Shown: positions 44,903 through 58,297, counted from the whole stretch's first letter. The stretch: DNA of 63,090 bases, filler included, from Basidiobolus ranarum (GCA_040143965.1; 23 parts of 23 records of this genome joined end to end with filler, not necessarily neighbours in it), one strand, 5' to 3'. The notes: generated by a model not told the origin, from the sequence alone. Program-made: numbers and translations.

Positions 44903-45443
44903 GGACTTGTTCTCTGTAATGGTGCCAGATTAAGCAATATATTTACTATTGGATAAAGTTCTCTCAAATTTATGCAGTGCAATTTTGCACTGTCCAGCAC
45001 TCTCTTGCATGATCAGTTTCCTGTTGAAATTAGAAAAATAGCAACTCATTATTTAGTAGTTTTGTGACTTATATTCTGATTATTTAGTACCCAATTCTGT
45101 CATTTAAAACCATGTGTTTATTGCTCTAATTAATAAAAAAAGCAATTAGATCACTTCAACCAATGTTCACCATTTTCTCAAATCTTCTGCAAATCACCTC
45201 AAATTTTAACCCATACTTAGGATGCATGTTTGTCCTAATTTAAGCATCTCCAATAGTCCTATTTCAGAGTAAACTAAAAATAGAACATATTCATTTCAAT
45301 AAATCTTAAGTGTCCAACTCATATATATCCAAATCTTGTACAAAACACTTGCAAATCCCCTAAACACTTTTAACATTTCCATTGCATTTACAAAAGTATA
45401 ATGATCCAAGGTCTGATAAATACTGGCACAATGGCACTAGTCC
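44903..45443. mobile_element. 182-bp MITE copy split by a solo LTR-A
   Basis: Starts GGACTTGTTC and ends GCACTAGTCC. 541 - 354 - 5 = 182 bp. Flanks ATC/ATT. Confidence 0.88.
45022..45375 (+). mobile_element. Solo LTR-A (354 bp) with perfect 5-bp TSD TTTCC
   Basis: TTTCC-TGTTGA...TTAACA-TTTCC. Confidence 0.95.
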
Positions 45444-45926
45444 ATTCTTGACTCCAAATTAGCAAAAAGGGGCTTTTAAATCTTCTACCAACAGGAAGAA
45501 AGTTAATAGTTTGCAGACAGGTTTAAGCAGTGAAAAACAGAGCTGATGATCAACAGAAAGGAACAAAGCAAAATGAGTAGCCAAAGGTTGTTTGCATGCT
45601 CCCAGAATTGAGTTAAACCCAGCTTTTACTCCAGTAGCTAGGTTTTGCAGCATGAGATAATCCTGGGACGCAAGCAAGTACCTTGGGTATGATACAAGAA
45701 GGAGGATATAAACTTGGAATCACTGTTATTCCACTTATACATAGCTGATTGCAGTATTTACATCAAAATAGCCAGAAATAGCTTCCTTATCCTGACACAA
45801 TAAATCAATGCCTGCGCATGGCCACAAACATTCTGGAAGCACTCAATCAAATGTAAAACAACATAACAAACTAATCTCAAATATTAAATATGGTTAAATT
45901 TACTTAAATTCTTGGACCCAAATCAT

Positions 45927-46668
45927 CCCTAACAAGAAATTTGAGCATTGTTACCATTGGAAAAACATTATAATTTAAATCATTTCGGATCAGCTGTTTA
46001 CTTACCATCAAAAAATTGTGAAGTTAGATTTGCTTTTAATCATATTTCAGTTTCAGGAGTTAAATTTCAAGATTTTGCAAAATAGTTGCACATGATTAGC
46101 TACAATCTCCAAGAACTATGGATCAACACAAGTGCAAAAAACATAACTTGAATTTTACACATTTACCACTTGAATGATAATTTGTTACACTCAATATACC
46201 TAGTTTCTTTGAAATATTCTTCTGAATATTTTCATAGAGTTCTTCATACCCAAGGTTTAGCTCATATCCAACACAAGTTTGTATCAATAACTCCATCAAA
46301 GCCCACCATTGTATTAATGTTGCTGAATCAACATTCTTCCACCAATCTGGCAGATACACTGCAATATTGTGCCACTCTGTATTAAGTTCTTCTCAGATAT
46401 CTGCATGGTCAACACCAGGCTGAATGTCAAGTTAAGTGTTCTTCTTCTGGAGCCACTATCTCATACTGGCACTGCATTTTTCCCATTATACTTTTGAAAT
46501 ACTCCTCAAGCACTTATACAATTCTTGTACATCCATGAAGGTATCACACTGATCAGGGTACTTTGTTGTGTTTGTGTGGCTTTTTGCTTGCCTTTAAGTT
46601 TGGGTCTAATTCCAACACCTTGAGAACTACTGGTTGTGGTTGGTATACTCTGTGCTCTATTTGCTAAT
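45927..46668 (+). mobile_element. CACTA/CMC element left end (TIR CCCTAACAA) with ORF1 3' remnant on the minus strand
   Basis: Homology to 35790-36228 and 54986-55232 stops at CCCTAACAAG. Confidence 0.78.
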
Positions 46669-46768
46669 NNNNNNNNNNNNNNNNNNNNNNNNNNNNNNNN
46701 NNNNNNNNNNNNTTAATTAATTAANNNNNNNNNNNNNNNNNNNNNNNNNNNNNNNNNNNNNNNNNNNN

Positions 46769-49408
46769 CAATAAGATCCGTGCAACTGCGTATTGTATTG
46801 TCCTGTTGGTTAAACATAAACTAGAGCTTTTGGAGGAAGTTCTTCTTTAGCTGCTTTTCTTTCTTTTCCAAGTTGATATTTGTGTACATTTTTGAGATGT
46901 TTCACAAATTGGTCTTTACTAGCCCAATTGCCATTTGCTTGCAAAAACTCAGGATAAGCCACATGAGATAAGTCAAGAATGTGCAGAGTAACCCCGGGTT
47001 TTGGTTTTTCAATTATTGGCTCAAATCCAGGGGATTTTGGGCAATATTCTGCACAGTTTCTAAAATGTTAAACCACTCATCATCAGAGCAAGTGTTGGCA
47101 GCTCTGACATTCAGGGTCTTTTGGTTTGCAGCTTTCCTATGAGATTTTTACTTCCATGTGCCGAAGCAATTTTGGCTCATTGTGTAGGCTTGATGGTCTA
47201 ACACATATTCTGCACTGCTAGATTGCCATGGTGACATTCATATGTATGGTGTGGGAATGATTGAAATCCCATATGAGAATGGATGGAGGGAGCAGCATGT
47301 TGCTGTAGCTCAAGTACAGCATTCTGCAGGTCTTGTTTCATTGTTGAATGACTCTCTAACTATTGACTAGCAGCTTCTGAAATCTGCATTATTGCAATAT
47401 TGCGGTGTTATTGCTTGTCATGGCTGGTATAGCAACTTTGTAGTTTTTACTTATGATTGCATTAAAATCATTATGGTGTTCTGCCTGCAATTCCCTTGTT
47501 GTAATATTTCTATCCAAATTTTATACCGAGGGTTGTTCAATAGTGGGCAAAGTAGCCATTTTGGAATTTGATGGTCTTGATGGTGGTTCAGTGGAACTTT
47601 GCTCAACTATTGATTTACTAAGTAATTGGGGGATTACAATCTCTTCACTTGCACTATCCCTGGAAAGGAACACATCTGGTAAATTGGTTAATGCTTCATC
47701 ATTACTTGAGTTAGTTCCCAGCATGTTAATGCCTTCCAAAGTGGATAGTGGATTTCTAGACTGTTGATCAATCAAGGCCTCTGTTCTTGCTGGTTTTTTT
47801 CCATTTGTGCCCACAGGCTTTGGCGTGGAAGCCAATTTTGATTTAGATTTTGAATGCTTTTTGAATGGCACTGAATTTTCAGATGGTAAACTTTGTGTAA
47901 TGAAATTGCTTAGAAACAGCTTATAATTAACCAAAATTGCCATCGATTACCGGAAATATCTTGTAAATCCCCTGATGATTCATCTGGGACACTGTCTCAG
48001 AATCAGCTGACAATATTGATCGGCTATACCTAAAATACCAAACTTACTTAGGAGGTGTTCTTTTCTCACAATGGACTTGTTCTCTTTGATAGCACCAGAT
48101 TGTGCTGTATGTATCATATTGGATAAAGTACTCTAAAATTAATGAGGCACAATTTGGCACTATCCATCACCCTCTGGCATGATCAGTTTCAATCAAATTT
48201 ACTTTTATATATTGATCCAAGGTCCAATAAATCCTGGCACAATGGAACAAGTCCAATATCCTTCTGATGCCACAACACAAATGTTTAAAGAAGCCCTGCT
48301 ATTATTTTCACAAATTCTTGTGCTATGAAAGCCAGAGGCTTCATAGAAAAAATAATCACAGCCATGGTACTGTACAAAGCCACAAGCTGCACAAAGCCTG
48401 GTGTATAACAACAGTAATAAGTGCACTAAATTGACTTTAGTTTTGCCCATTGAGTCCACTGACTGTACTTTGCCTGAAAGCTTTAGTAACACTGCCAAAA
48501 GTCAAGATACCATGGAGTTACCATAGTTATATGACCAGAATGATGTAGGTAGAAATGCTACTTTGGTCAAGCCAGTAAGTCCAGACAACTTTGAGGACTT
48601 GCTGCTAGCTGCTGACCTGAGTTATTCCACTACCAATGGTAGTATATCAGAAGTTAAAAAAGAAGATGAAGGCTTTGTTACAGACTCTTTGTTATTGGCA
48701 AGCATTAGTCCACTCATAACACTTACTGTTAAGGAAGCTGTTTTGATTATTGAGGAGTGGACAGTTCAATCCAATCTTAGCAACCAGGTATTTATTGGCT
48801 TTCTTACACTTTTACCACAGTTGATTGGCAACTGTTGCTTGCCACAGTCCTGGTACAAGTGGAAAACACTTGTCAGTTGTATGACTTATAATCCTTCAGT
48901 ATTAAACTACCTTCACATCCAAATGGTTGTTTGGCACTTGCCAGTGATCTAAAAACCTGAAGCATGTACTGCTTGCACACAATTGACAGTCACTGAATCA
49001 GGTAACTATTGCTCATATTTGGCTTACATACCATTGACTTCCCATCTTAAAGTTTTGATGAAATCACCCAAATATAGATCATTGATCCAATACCAAAGTA
49101 CTCAGCACAGAGCTGATGGTATTACCAATATACTTGATGGATTTCACTACTAGAATCTGAATAGTCAAAGTTTCTTTGAGAACACATATGATCATGTATT
49201 TGCATTGGCTCTGGATGGTTTCTCACTAAATAAATATATCACTGGAAAGGCTTGCTGGCCAATAATTGTAATCAACTTAAATCTTCCTCCTTCTGAATAG
49301 TATAAGAGTCATGATATTGTGATACTATCCATCATATCTGAACCAAAATAACAAGTGCTTATAGATAGCTTCTTTGCGCCGTTGTTTGTGGGTTCTGATC
49401 AGTCATCT
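46769..49408 (+). mobile_element. CACTA/CMC internal fragment: ORF1 (minus, from 47943) and transposase (plus, from 48267), both decayed
   Basis: LALDGF, WPIIVINLNLPP, DSF..PL motifs. Collinear with 60457-63090. Confidence 0.87.
48073..48254. mobile_element. 182-bp MITE, TIR GGACTTGTTC, TSD AAT (PIF/Harbinger-like)
   Basis: AAT-GGACTTGTTC...GAACAAGTCC-AAT. The empty site is visible in paralogous copies at ~61560 and ~52738. Confidence 0.93.
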
Positions 49409-49508
49409 NNNNNNNNNNNNNNNNNNNNNNNNNNNNNNNNNNNNNNNNNNNNTTAATTAATTAANNNNNNNNNNNNNNNNNNNNNNNNNNNNNNNNNNNN
49501 NNNNNNNN

Positions 49509-50759
49509 TGAAAAGATTTCTGCCTGAGAAGTACTGAGAACATTGGGAGTTGTTTGTGGATATTGTTAATAAATTCTTACAGTATCAACTCACATTAGCA
49601 GATCTCAGGCATATACAGCAACTGTGCAAAGATTTTGTAATTGGATATGAAAAACTTTATTACAGGTTTAAAGAAGATAGACTGAATCTATGACAGTATT
49701 CAATACATTCCCTGCTGCATCTTTCACATTGCTTAGAGATTATAGGCCCTTACTATACATACTGGGAGTTCTCAATGGAGTGCACCTGTAGTGAAATGAT
49801 GCTCTGTGTGAAATTGTCAGTATTACCATATACTAATCTGATTAATAATGTATCATCTAAATCAGTGATGGAAGTAATGTGCTGGGTGAAAGAGACTCCA
49901 GAGTATATTAGCCTTGCAACAAAGAGCTCTTTTCAATGTACTAACGCATTTTCACATTGTTTGGGCACAATAACAGCAACAAAGCCAAATCCATGGAGAC
50001 AGAGTAAGTACCTGTATAATTTGGACTAATTTGTTTGTGTAATAATCTGATGGTATCTCTAACAAAGCTGCAAGACAGACTTCTTGGTGAGATACATGGA
50101 GATACATAGTATTATTGTTTTAACTATGGGGTAATCTATTCAACCAATGACACATCTACTAATGGCAGGACATTTGTTGACTGCAAGTCAGGGATATATT
50201 GGCTGAATTATTTATGGATATATGCCATAATCCAAGAGCTTATTCTCATTTTGAATGGTAACAAGAGTCAGTTATTTGCCAAGTGTCAGTGCTATTTAAA
50301 ATTGCAGATGTTTAGCAATTTTTCCACTGTTAGTTTGCTGGTAAAGCATATTTATGTTGTTAAATTATGTCTGATCAGTCAAGTATGTGCATATGCAGAG
50401 ACTAAACACAACCAGATTCTTGAATTTTTTGATTCTCATTATAACTGAAGTACAAAGCCTAAAGTAACTAAATAAAGGCATGCATATTAAATCAAATTCC
50501 TACAGCAGTAAACCCAGTAATTTGCCATTTGAAAATTATATTTTGCAGAAATTGCCAGATATTAACAACACATGCCAAACGTGTAGATCAATATTTTAAT
50601 ATGTATGAAAACCATTGTAATACCATCAAGAAACCGGCATCACACCATCAAAATCCCCGGCAGAATGCAAGCCACCCATATTGTGATGGTTCTCTGACAG
50701 TTTTACAACTTAGAAGGGTGAATCCAATCTGGATAACAGCAATTTTACTTTTGTTAGGG
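49509..50759 (+). mobile_element. CACTA/CMC transposase 3' remnant and right end (…TTTTGTTAGGG)
   Basis: Collinear with 55460-56718. Homology ends at TTGTTAGGG, where LTR-B sequence begins. Confidence 0.85.
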
Positions 50760-51783
50760 ATATGTGAATAATGTGAGAATCAGCAATTCCATTTTGAAAA
50801 TTTCAAACACATCCAAATTATGACAACCATACCTCATTTTACTGACACAGATGCTCTGAACACAACCCAAGTGTTAATTTTCTTTATTTCCCCCTAAATG
50901 TATTAATGCTTCATTTCTATACAATAAATAATTATCTCACCAAAGTTATTCACAATGCTGGTTTTCTAAAGTTCCTCCAAACATCCCATATTTTCCCAAT
51001 AGGTTATGAGCACCATGTTTTAACCTATACCGCATGACAGAAACCACTACTACCACTTTTATTAACTCAAGTATTAAAAAGCTTGATGAAGAAAATTACT
51101 ATTTCTGGAAGTTCAAGATGCAAATCATGCTGGAAGTCAGGGAGCCTTGGGTTGTAGTATCCACACATGAAAAGAAACCTTCTGACCCTTCTTCATTGGA
51201 AGCTTACAAGAAAAGAGACAAGAAGGCCTTTAATGCTATTTGTCAATGTTTGAAGGATTCACAACTTGTGAATATTCAACATGCAAAGACTTCCCATCAA
51301 GCTTAGACTATATTGGGAGAGTGTTATGAAGCAAAAAGTCTTGCTAATAGATTCTTTCTCTGACAAAGAATTTTCAACATGAAGATGGAAAAGTGTGAAA
51401 GCATGGTTATTGATATTGCAAATATGCAATCTTTGGCAAAATAGCTGGAAAATATTGGTGCAACTGTACAGGAAGATGTCATTATGACTATTCTAAGTAG
51501 TCTACAAGAACAGTATTTGAACTTGGTCACAGCTTTGGAAGCATGATCTGACAAGTTTTCTTTGGAGTTTGTGGTGATAAGGCTAATAGATTAACATCTC
51601 AGAAGTAAGAATTTGGAAAACAAATATGAGGAAGTGGCTCTTTTTGGAGCTGGAAAACATAGCTTTAGCAAGTACAAAGGTTAAAAATGAGGAAATCAAA
51701 TTTATGCTATGGTTGTAGCAAACCAGGGCACCAGGTAAAAGATTGGAAATCAAGAAATTACAACAAAAATGAGAAGTCAGAAC
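50760..51783 (+). mobile_element. Ty1/copia 5' end: partial LTR-B (to 51001), PBS GGTTATGAGC (51002-51011), gag remnant
   Basis: TTCCCAATA-GGTTATGAGCACC; KKLDEENYYFWKFKMQIMLE. Confidence 0.9.
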
Positions 51784-52147
51784 CTCTAACAAAAATAAAA
51801 TTCATTTGATCCGGATCAGATCTACCCTTCAAACTAGCAAAGCCATCAGAGAACCATCACAATATCAGTGGCTTGCGTTCTGCCAGGGATTTTGATGGTG
51901 TAACAATGGTTTCTTGATGGTATTTTAATGGTATTCATACATGTTAAAATGTTGATCCTCAAATTTGGCTAGTGTTTTTCAAAATCCAGCAATTTTTGCA
52001 AAAAAATTATTTTCAAATGGCAAATTACTGGGTTTACTGCTGTAGGAATTCAAATTATATGCATGCCTTTATTTAGAGATTTTAGGCTTTGTATTCCAGC
52101 CATAATGAGAATCAAAAAATACAAGAATCTTGTTGTGTTTAGTCTCT
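51784..52147 (-). mobile_element. CACTA/CMC right end, reverse orientation
   Basis: Reverse complement of ~50395-50759, beginning CTCTAACAAAA. Confidence 0.82.
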
Positions 52148-52247
52148 NNNNNNNNNNNNNNNNNNNNNNNNNNNNNNNNNNNNNNNNNNNNTTAATTAAT
52201 TAANNNNNNNNNNNNNNNNNNNNNNNNNNNNNNNNNNNNNNNNNNNN

Positions 52248-53704
52248 AATCAAAGCTGCTTCCTTTACAGTAAGTGTTATGAGTGGACTAATGTTTGCCA
52301 ATAACAAAGAGTCTGTAACAAAACCATTGTCTTCTTCTTCAACTTCTGATATACTACATTGGTACTGGAATAAATGAGGTTGACTTCTAGCATGAAGTTC
52401 TCAAAGTTGTCTGGACTTACTGGTATAACTAAAGTTACATTTTGACCTACATCATTCTGGTCATATAACTGTGGTAACTTCACATTATCTTGACTTTTGG
52501 CAGTGTTGCCAAAACTTTGAGGCAAACTACAGTCAGTGGACTCAATTGGCAAACTAAAGTCAATTTATTGCACTTATTATTGTTGTTATACACCAGGCTT
52601 TGTGCAGCTGATGGCTTTATACAGTGCCCTTGCTAGTGATTATTTTTTCTATGAAGCCTCTGGCTTTCATAGCACAGGAATTTGCAACAATAATAGCAGG
52701 GCTTCTTTGAACGTTTGTTTTGCAGCATGAGAAGGATATTGTAGAAAAAAGAACACCTCCCAAGTAAGGGTGGTATTTTAGGTATAGCCAATCAATAGCA
52801 TCAGCTGCTTCTGATATAGTGTCATAGATGAGTCATCAGGGGATTTGCAAGTATTTCTGGTGATGGATAGCAATTTTGGTTTTTTATAATCTGTTTCCAA
52901 GCAATTCCATTGCACCAAGCTTTCTGTTTGAAAATTTCAATGCCATTCACAAAGTGTTCGAAATTTAAGTCAAAATTGGCTTTCAAGCCAAAGCCTGCTG
53001 GCACAAAGGAAAAAAACCAGCAAGAACAGAGGACTTAATTGATGAGTAATGTAGTAATCTGCTATCCACTTTGGAAGGGACTAACATGCCAGAAAATAAC
53101 TCAAGTAATGATGAAGCATTCATCAATTTACTGGATGTGTTGCTTTCCAGCAATAGTGCAAGTGAAGAGAATGTAATCCCCCAATTACACAGTAAAGCAA
53201 TAGTTGAGCAAAGATCAACACAAACACAGTCAAGACCATCAACTTCCAAACTGGCTACTTTGCCTGCTATTGAACAACCCTCTGTAGAAAATTTGGATAG
53301 AATTATTACAACAAGGGAATTGCAGACAGAACACCACAATGATTTGTATGCAATCTCCCTGTGTCCATTCTCATATGGCATTTCAATGGACTTGTTCTTG
53401 GTGATAGTGCCAGATTGTACTGTATATATCATATTAGATAAAGTATTCTCAAATTTATGCGGCACAATTTGGTACTATCCATCACCCTCTGGCATGATCA
53501 ATTTCAATCACATTTACTCTAATATATTGATCCATGGTCTGATAAATCCTGGCACAATGGAACAAGTCCAATCAATCCCAAACCATACATATGAATGTCA
53601 CTATGACAATCTAGCAGAGCAGAATATATGTTAGATCATTAAGCTCACACAATGACCTGAAATTTCTTGTGCACATGAAAATAGAAATCTCATAGGAAAA
53701 CTGG
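52248..53704 (-). mobile_element. CACTA/CMC internal fragment (reverse orientation): transposase 5' part, bidirectional spacer, ORF1 5' part
   Basis: Reverse complement of ~47140-48750. Confidence 0.85.
53388..53569. mobile_element. 182-bp MITE, TIR GGACTTGTTC, TSD AAT
   Basis: TTTCAAT-GGACTTGTTC...GAACAAGTCC-AATCAATCCC. The empty site TTTCAATCAATCCC is present in the paralog at ~60740-60753 (minus). Confidence 0.93.
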
Positions 53705-54795
53705 TGTAGTTGTTTTAGGGTTTAAGCAGCAACTATAACTGCAATATCCTGAGGATTTTGTGAGATGTTCAGAGGGTGCAATAAACACATTGAATCACTC
53801 TGGGATGTACTGTAATATGGGTCTGTCTCTAGCCTCTTGGGTCTTTGTGAAAGGGAATCAAGCCTCTAGAAATGTCTAAGGACTGATAAACCACAATGCA
53901 ATGTCCAGCTTTCTGTTGAAGAATACACTGATGCCTGACAAAAGAAAATACTAGCCTCAATGTCCTTTGAGAATGATCAGATAAGAAGGGTATATCCAAT
54001 TAAAAACAACTGTAAACTCAGCCAGCAGGGTCTTGAACAAGGATCTACTGATAGTGATTTATCCAAGGATATGAAAAGTTCCTTGCCTATGCAAACAAAG
54101 CTGGGGAAAAAATATAGAGTATCAGAAATACAACACCTACCTGTCAGTACTTTCTTCAAGCTGGTCAAGTCCTTTCTAGCTACACAGTAGCCTGTAGCTG
54201 CCTGTAGTCATCTCTCTTGAGCTTCCTCTTCAAAGGTCTTGCAAGTGGGTATGAAAGTAAGGTATGATCACAAGTAGTAATTGTTAGTTGAAAACCAGGA
54301 TGATTCTTATTTGAAAAGATATGGCTCCTATTTATACTTTTCTGAAGTTAGATATGATGACTAATGCAAATTTCCAGAAAGTTCCAGATAGTTCTACTGG
54401 TGGGGATATGGGGTTACAATATAATCATAAATAATAAGATTAGTAGTCCATGGGATATTCTGGAAGGTTGTAGAATAATCCAGAAAGTCATGGATTGTTC
54501 CAGAAGAAACCAAGTTTTGACTGGTCAAAACTTAATCAATCATCAAGTATTCCAAGAATCTTGTGGAATGTTCCAGAAGATTGTAGAAGCTTCCAGCAAA
54601 TAATAGGGCTAATGTGGGTTTATACTGATAAATCTGAAATAATGGGGGATAATACTAATGGTAAAATATGATTGGCTAGAAAATATGGGTAAGTCAAATA
54701 TGGATAATAAAATAGAGAATGTGCAATAGTAATGATAAGAGCTTGGAGTGGAAATAAGTCAACCTGCCAGTGGGTAGCAATGCTGCCCCTTTACA
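53705..54795 (-). mobile_element. 1091-bp TG...CA LTR-like repeat (family E), probably a solo LTR
   Basis: Minus strand TGTAAAGG...CAACTACA, with TATAAATA at ~54329-54336. Second copy at 5837-6872. No TSD. Confidence 0.65.
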
Positions 54796-54985
54796 ATGTA
54801 GTAAGTCAATAGTTGAGCAAAGTTCAACCAAAACACCATCAAGACCATCAACTTCCAAATGGCTACTTTGCCCACTATTGAACAANNNNNNNNNNNNNNN
54901 NNNNNNNNNNNNNNNNNNNNNNNNNNNNNTTAATTAATTAANNNNNNNNNNNNNNNNNNNNNNNNNNNNNNNNNNNNNNNNNNNN

Positions 54986-56718
54986 TTAAGTAGTAAATGG
55001 GTATGATTTAAGTTACTTTTTTGTGCATGTGTTGATCCATAGTTCTCTGAGATTGTAGCCAATCATGTGCAACTATTTTTTGAGATCTTGAAATTTCACT
55101 CCTGAAACTGAACAAATTCATGAAAATCTAATCTCACTTGACAATTTTATGATGGGAAGTAAATGGTCAAACCAAAATGGATTAAAATTGTCATGTTGTT
55201 CCTATGATAACAATCCTCAAATTTCAGTTAGATTGCACTTACTATTCAACAACATTCCAATACTACTTGCTCAGCTATATAGTACAAAATTCAATATGAA
55301 TGAGCCATTTGAGATAGGATCAAAGTTTGAATCAATTGGGAGCATTCTTGAAATTGTCTAGATACCATCATATTTTACTAGGTCTCCTGTCAATATCCAC
55401 TCATCCAGTTGTTCATTCAAATCCAAAGACTGGAAGTATTAGACTTGTACATATTCTGGTGGAGTCTTGAAAAGATATCTGCCTGATAAGTATTGGCAAC
55501 ATAGGGAGTTGTTTGTGGATATTGTTAATATATTCTTATGGCATCAACTCACACTAGCAGATCTCAGGCAGATATATCATCAGTACAAAGATTTTGTAAT
55601 TAGTTATGAAAAACTCTATCACAGGTTTAAAGAAGATAGACTGAATCTAAGCTGGTATTCAATACATTGCCTGCTGCATCTTCCACAATGCTTAGAGATT
55701 ATAGGCTCTTGCTATACATTCTGGGTGTTCCCAATGGAGTGCACCTGTGATGAAATGATGCTCCATGCAAAATTGTCAGTATTATCATATGCTAATCTGA
55801 TTAACAATGTATCCACAAAATCAGTCATGGATGTAATGCAATGGGTTAAGGAGACTCCAGGGTATATTAACCTTCCAAAAAAGGCTTGTTGCAATTGGCT
55901 CATGGGTTTTTGCATTGATTGAGCACAATAACAGCAACAAAACCCAATCTATGGACACAGAGTGAGTACCTCTATAATTTGAACTAATTTGTTTGTTTGA
56001 TAATCATATAGTATCTCTAGAAAAGCTGTAAGATAGACCTATGGGTGCAATCAATCAAGATCCTCAGTATTACTTTTTTAGCCATGGAGTATTCTATTCA
56101 AGCAATGACACATCTACTGGTAGCAGGACATTTGTTGGCTTCAAGCTGGTGCTATTTTGGCTGAATTCCTTATGGAAATTTGCCATAATCCAAGAGCTTA
56201 TTTTCATTTTGAATGGTAACAAGAGTCAGCTATTTGCCAAGTGTCTGTGCTATTCAAAATCTTGGATGTTAAGCAATATTTCCACCATTAGTTTGCATGT
56301 AAAGCATATTGATGTTGTTGAGTTATGTCTGACAGTCAAGTATGTGCATATGTTGAGACTAAAACACAACAAGATTCTTGTATTTTTTGATTCTCATAAT
56401 GACTGGAAAACAAAGCCTAGATTATCTAAATAAGGACAAGCATATTAATTTGAATTCTTACAGCAGTAAACACAGTGATGTGTCATTTGAAAATTAGATT
56501 TTGCAAAAATCATTGTAAAGTAAATGACAAATGTCAAATATAGGGATCATTATTTTTACATGTAAGAAAACCACTGAAACACCACCAAGAAGCTACCATC
56601 TCACCATCTAAATCCCTGGCAAAATGCAAGCCACCAATATTATGATGGTTCTTTGATGGCTTTGCAATCCAGAAGGGTGGATCCAATCCAGTTGAAATTA
56701 ATTTTATTTTTGTTAGAG
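54986..56718. mobile_element. CACTA/CMC left end (reverse, 54986-55232) joined to the transposase 3' half and right end (55233-56718) of another copy
   Basis: KRYLPDKYWQH, HCLLHLPQCLEIIG..YTFWVFPME. Ends TTTTGTTAGAG. Confidence 0.85.
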
Positions 56719-56719
56719 A

Positions 56720-56971
56720 TAACTGATTAAGTTAAATCCATTGATTTGACAAAATCTACAGCAAAATAGTGCAATGTGCCTGCAAAAACCTCCAAGTTTA
56801 CTTATGGCAGTGGTGTCCCCAATACATACAATAATATTAGCTTGAAAAATTATTCACCCATCTGAATCCTATTTGATAACCTTTCAAATTCTGCAATCAA
56901 AGGCTCCAAAAAGCTATCTAAAACAACTGGTGACTTGGACCCAGATATGATGAATAGTATCAAAATGTTAT
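56720..56971 (-). pseudogene. Fragment of a diverged CACTA transposase
   Basis: IISGSKSPVVLDSFLEPLIAEFERL...CIGDTTAISKL..CRFC, homologous to 62640-62850. Confidence 0.8.
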
Positions 56972-57621
56972 TGTTAAAGTTTTTGAGAGCCTGTTGGAAG
57001 TGGTTTGGAGAATTAGCGGAATTGGTGGTTTCCACTTATGGAATTATTGAGCAGAAAGTTGACATTCATAGTTTTGTCCAGATGTAAGCAAACTAACATG
57101 TGGATTGTGTTAAGGAAGATCCCAGGAACATGTGTGCAAAGTTTGGGGCTTCTAGAACAAGTTTCAAAAATCTACATATCTGAGAACTTCTAAGTTGGTA
57201 AAAATATTCCAAGTAAATTTCAATTGAGAGTCCTTGATAAAATCTGATTGAATTAAAAGATAACCAAGCACTTAGCTATATATGACTATACAGGTTTTTA
57301 GGCAATGCTAATTTCAACATACTCCCTCAACTAAAAAGTCATATAAACTAACTCTAATAAAGGTCTAAATTTTAGAATTTCTGTCTAGCTAATGGTTTGA
57401 TTAATATATCAGCAATCAGGTCTTTGATACAACTATGATTATCTTGAAATATTGTAGGTGGTGAATTTTTAGAATAACCTAAATCTGTTAAGTGCTTTCT
57501 TAACCATATTGCTTCATTTGTTGGTTCACAAGCAGCCATGTATTCAGCTTTGGTTGTTGAAAGTGCTATGGCAGGTTGTTTCTTTGAATTCAAATAAATA
57601 GCTCCATCCAAGCAAAGATAA
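56972..57621 (-). mobile_element. Ty1/copia 3' end: RNase H, PPT, complete LTR-C (56972-57319)
   Basis: SKKQPAIALSTTKAEYMAA, ADILIKPL, PPT AGTTGAGGGAG, TGTTGA...TTTAACA. Confidence 0.9.
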
Positions 57622-57721
57622 NNNNNNNNNNNNNNNNNNNNNNNNNNNNNNNNNNNNNNNNNNNNTTAATTAATTAANNNNNNNNNNNNNNNNNNNNNNN
57701 NNNNNNNNNNNNNNNNNNNNN

Positions 57722-58297
57722 CTGAATCTGTTCAGGCTGTGATTGCTCATCGACTTGTGGTTCCTCCATCAATACTGGCTGACTTTCAGTTGAGCTGCCA
57801 GTCATCTCTGTTGATTGATAATCTTGGTTAGGAGTTTCCAACTGCTTATTTTGTTCTGGTTCCATTTGTATATCGAGGAGCCCCGGTTCACTCTGGACAT
57901 ATCCTGAACTGGATGGAGCTTCCGATCCACTTTGCTTTGCAGATGCCGATTTAGTAAACTCCCCCTCAACTTCTACGCTGGGACCAGTTTGATATTTAAT
58001 ATTGATACTTTTCTTGTGGTTAGCTTCAGCTGTATTGAGATTATCGTGTTTTCTGGTGATAGTAGTGAACACTTGCTTCATCACTGGTGCTTGGGTACTT
58101 CCACTTGCGAAAAATGAAGGAGTTTGTTGCATTTGTGGTCCTTGCTCACAAGCACCCCGTTGCTGCTCACACGGCCCATTAGAATAGTGAGTGGCAGCAG
58201 GTGCGTTGACTCTGGGTGCGAAGTAATTAACAGGTGTTGCACTCACTACCAGAACCAAAGAAGTACACGAAGCTAGTAGGGTGAGAGCGAGTTGCAT
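57722..58297 (-). CDS. Secreted Q/S/E/T-rich low-complexity protein, 5' part
   Basis: Signal peptide ending VSA-TP. Open to the contig end, in CpG-normal DNA. Confidence 0.78.

Larger units (their letters stand above)
44025..45926 (+). pseudogene. Highly degenerate Ty1/copia integrase/RT remnant hosting nested insertions
   Basis: AQQNRDA, LEHPRILGC, FTPVARFCSMR. Confidence 0.7.

Noticed and set aside
53071-53634. 187-aa ORF as a real chimeric gene
   Set aside because: Decayed CACTA ORF1 read fortuitously through the MITE insertion.
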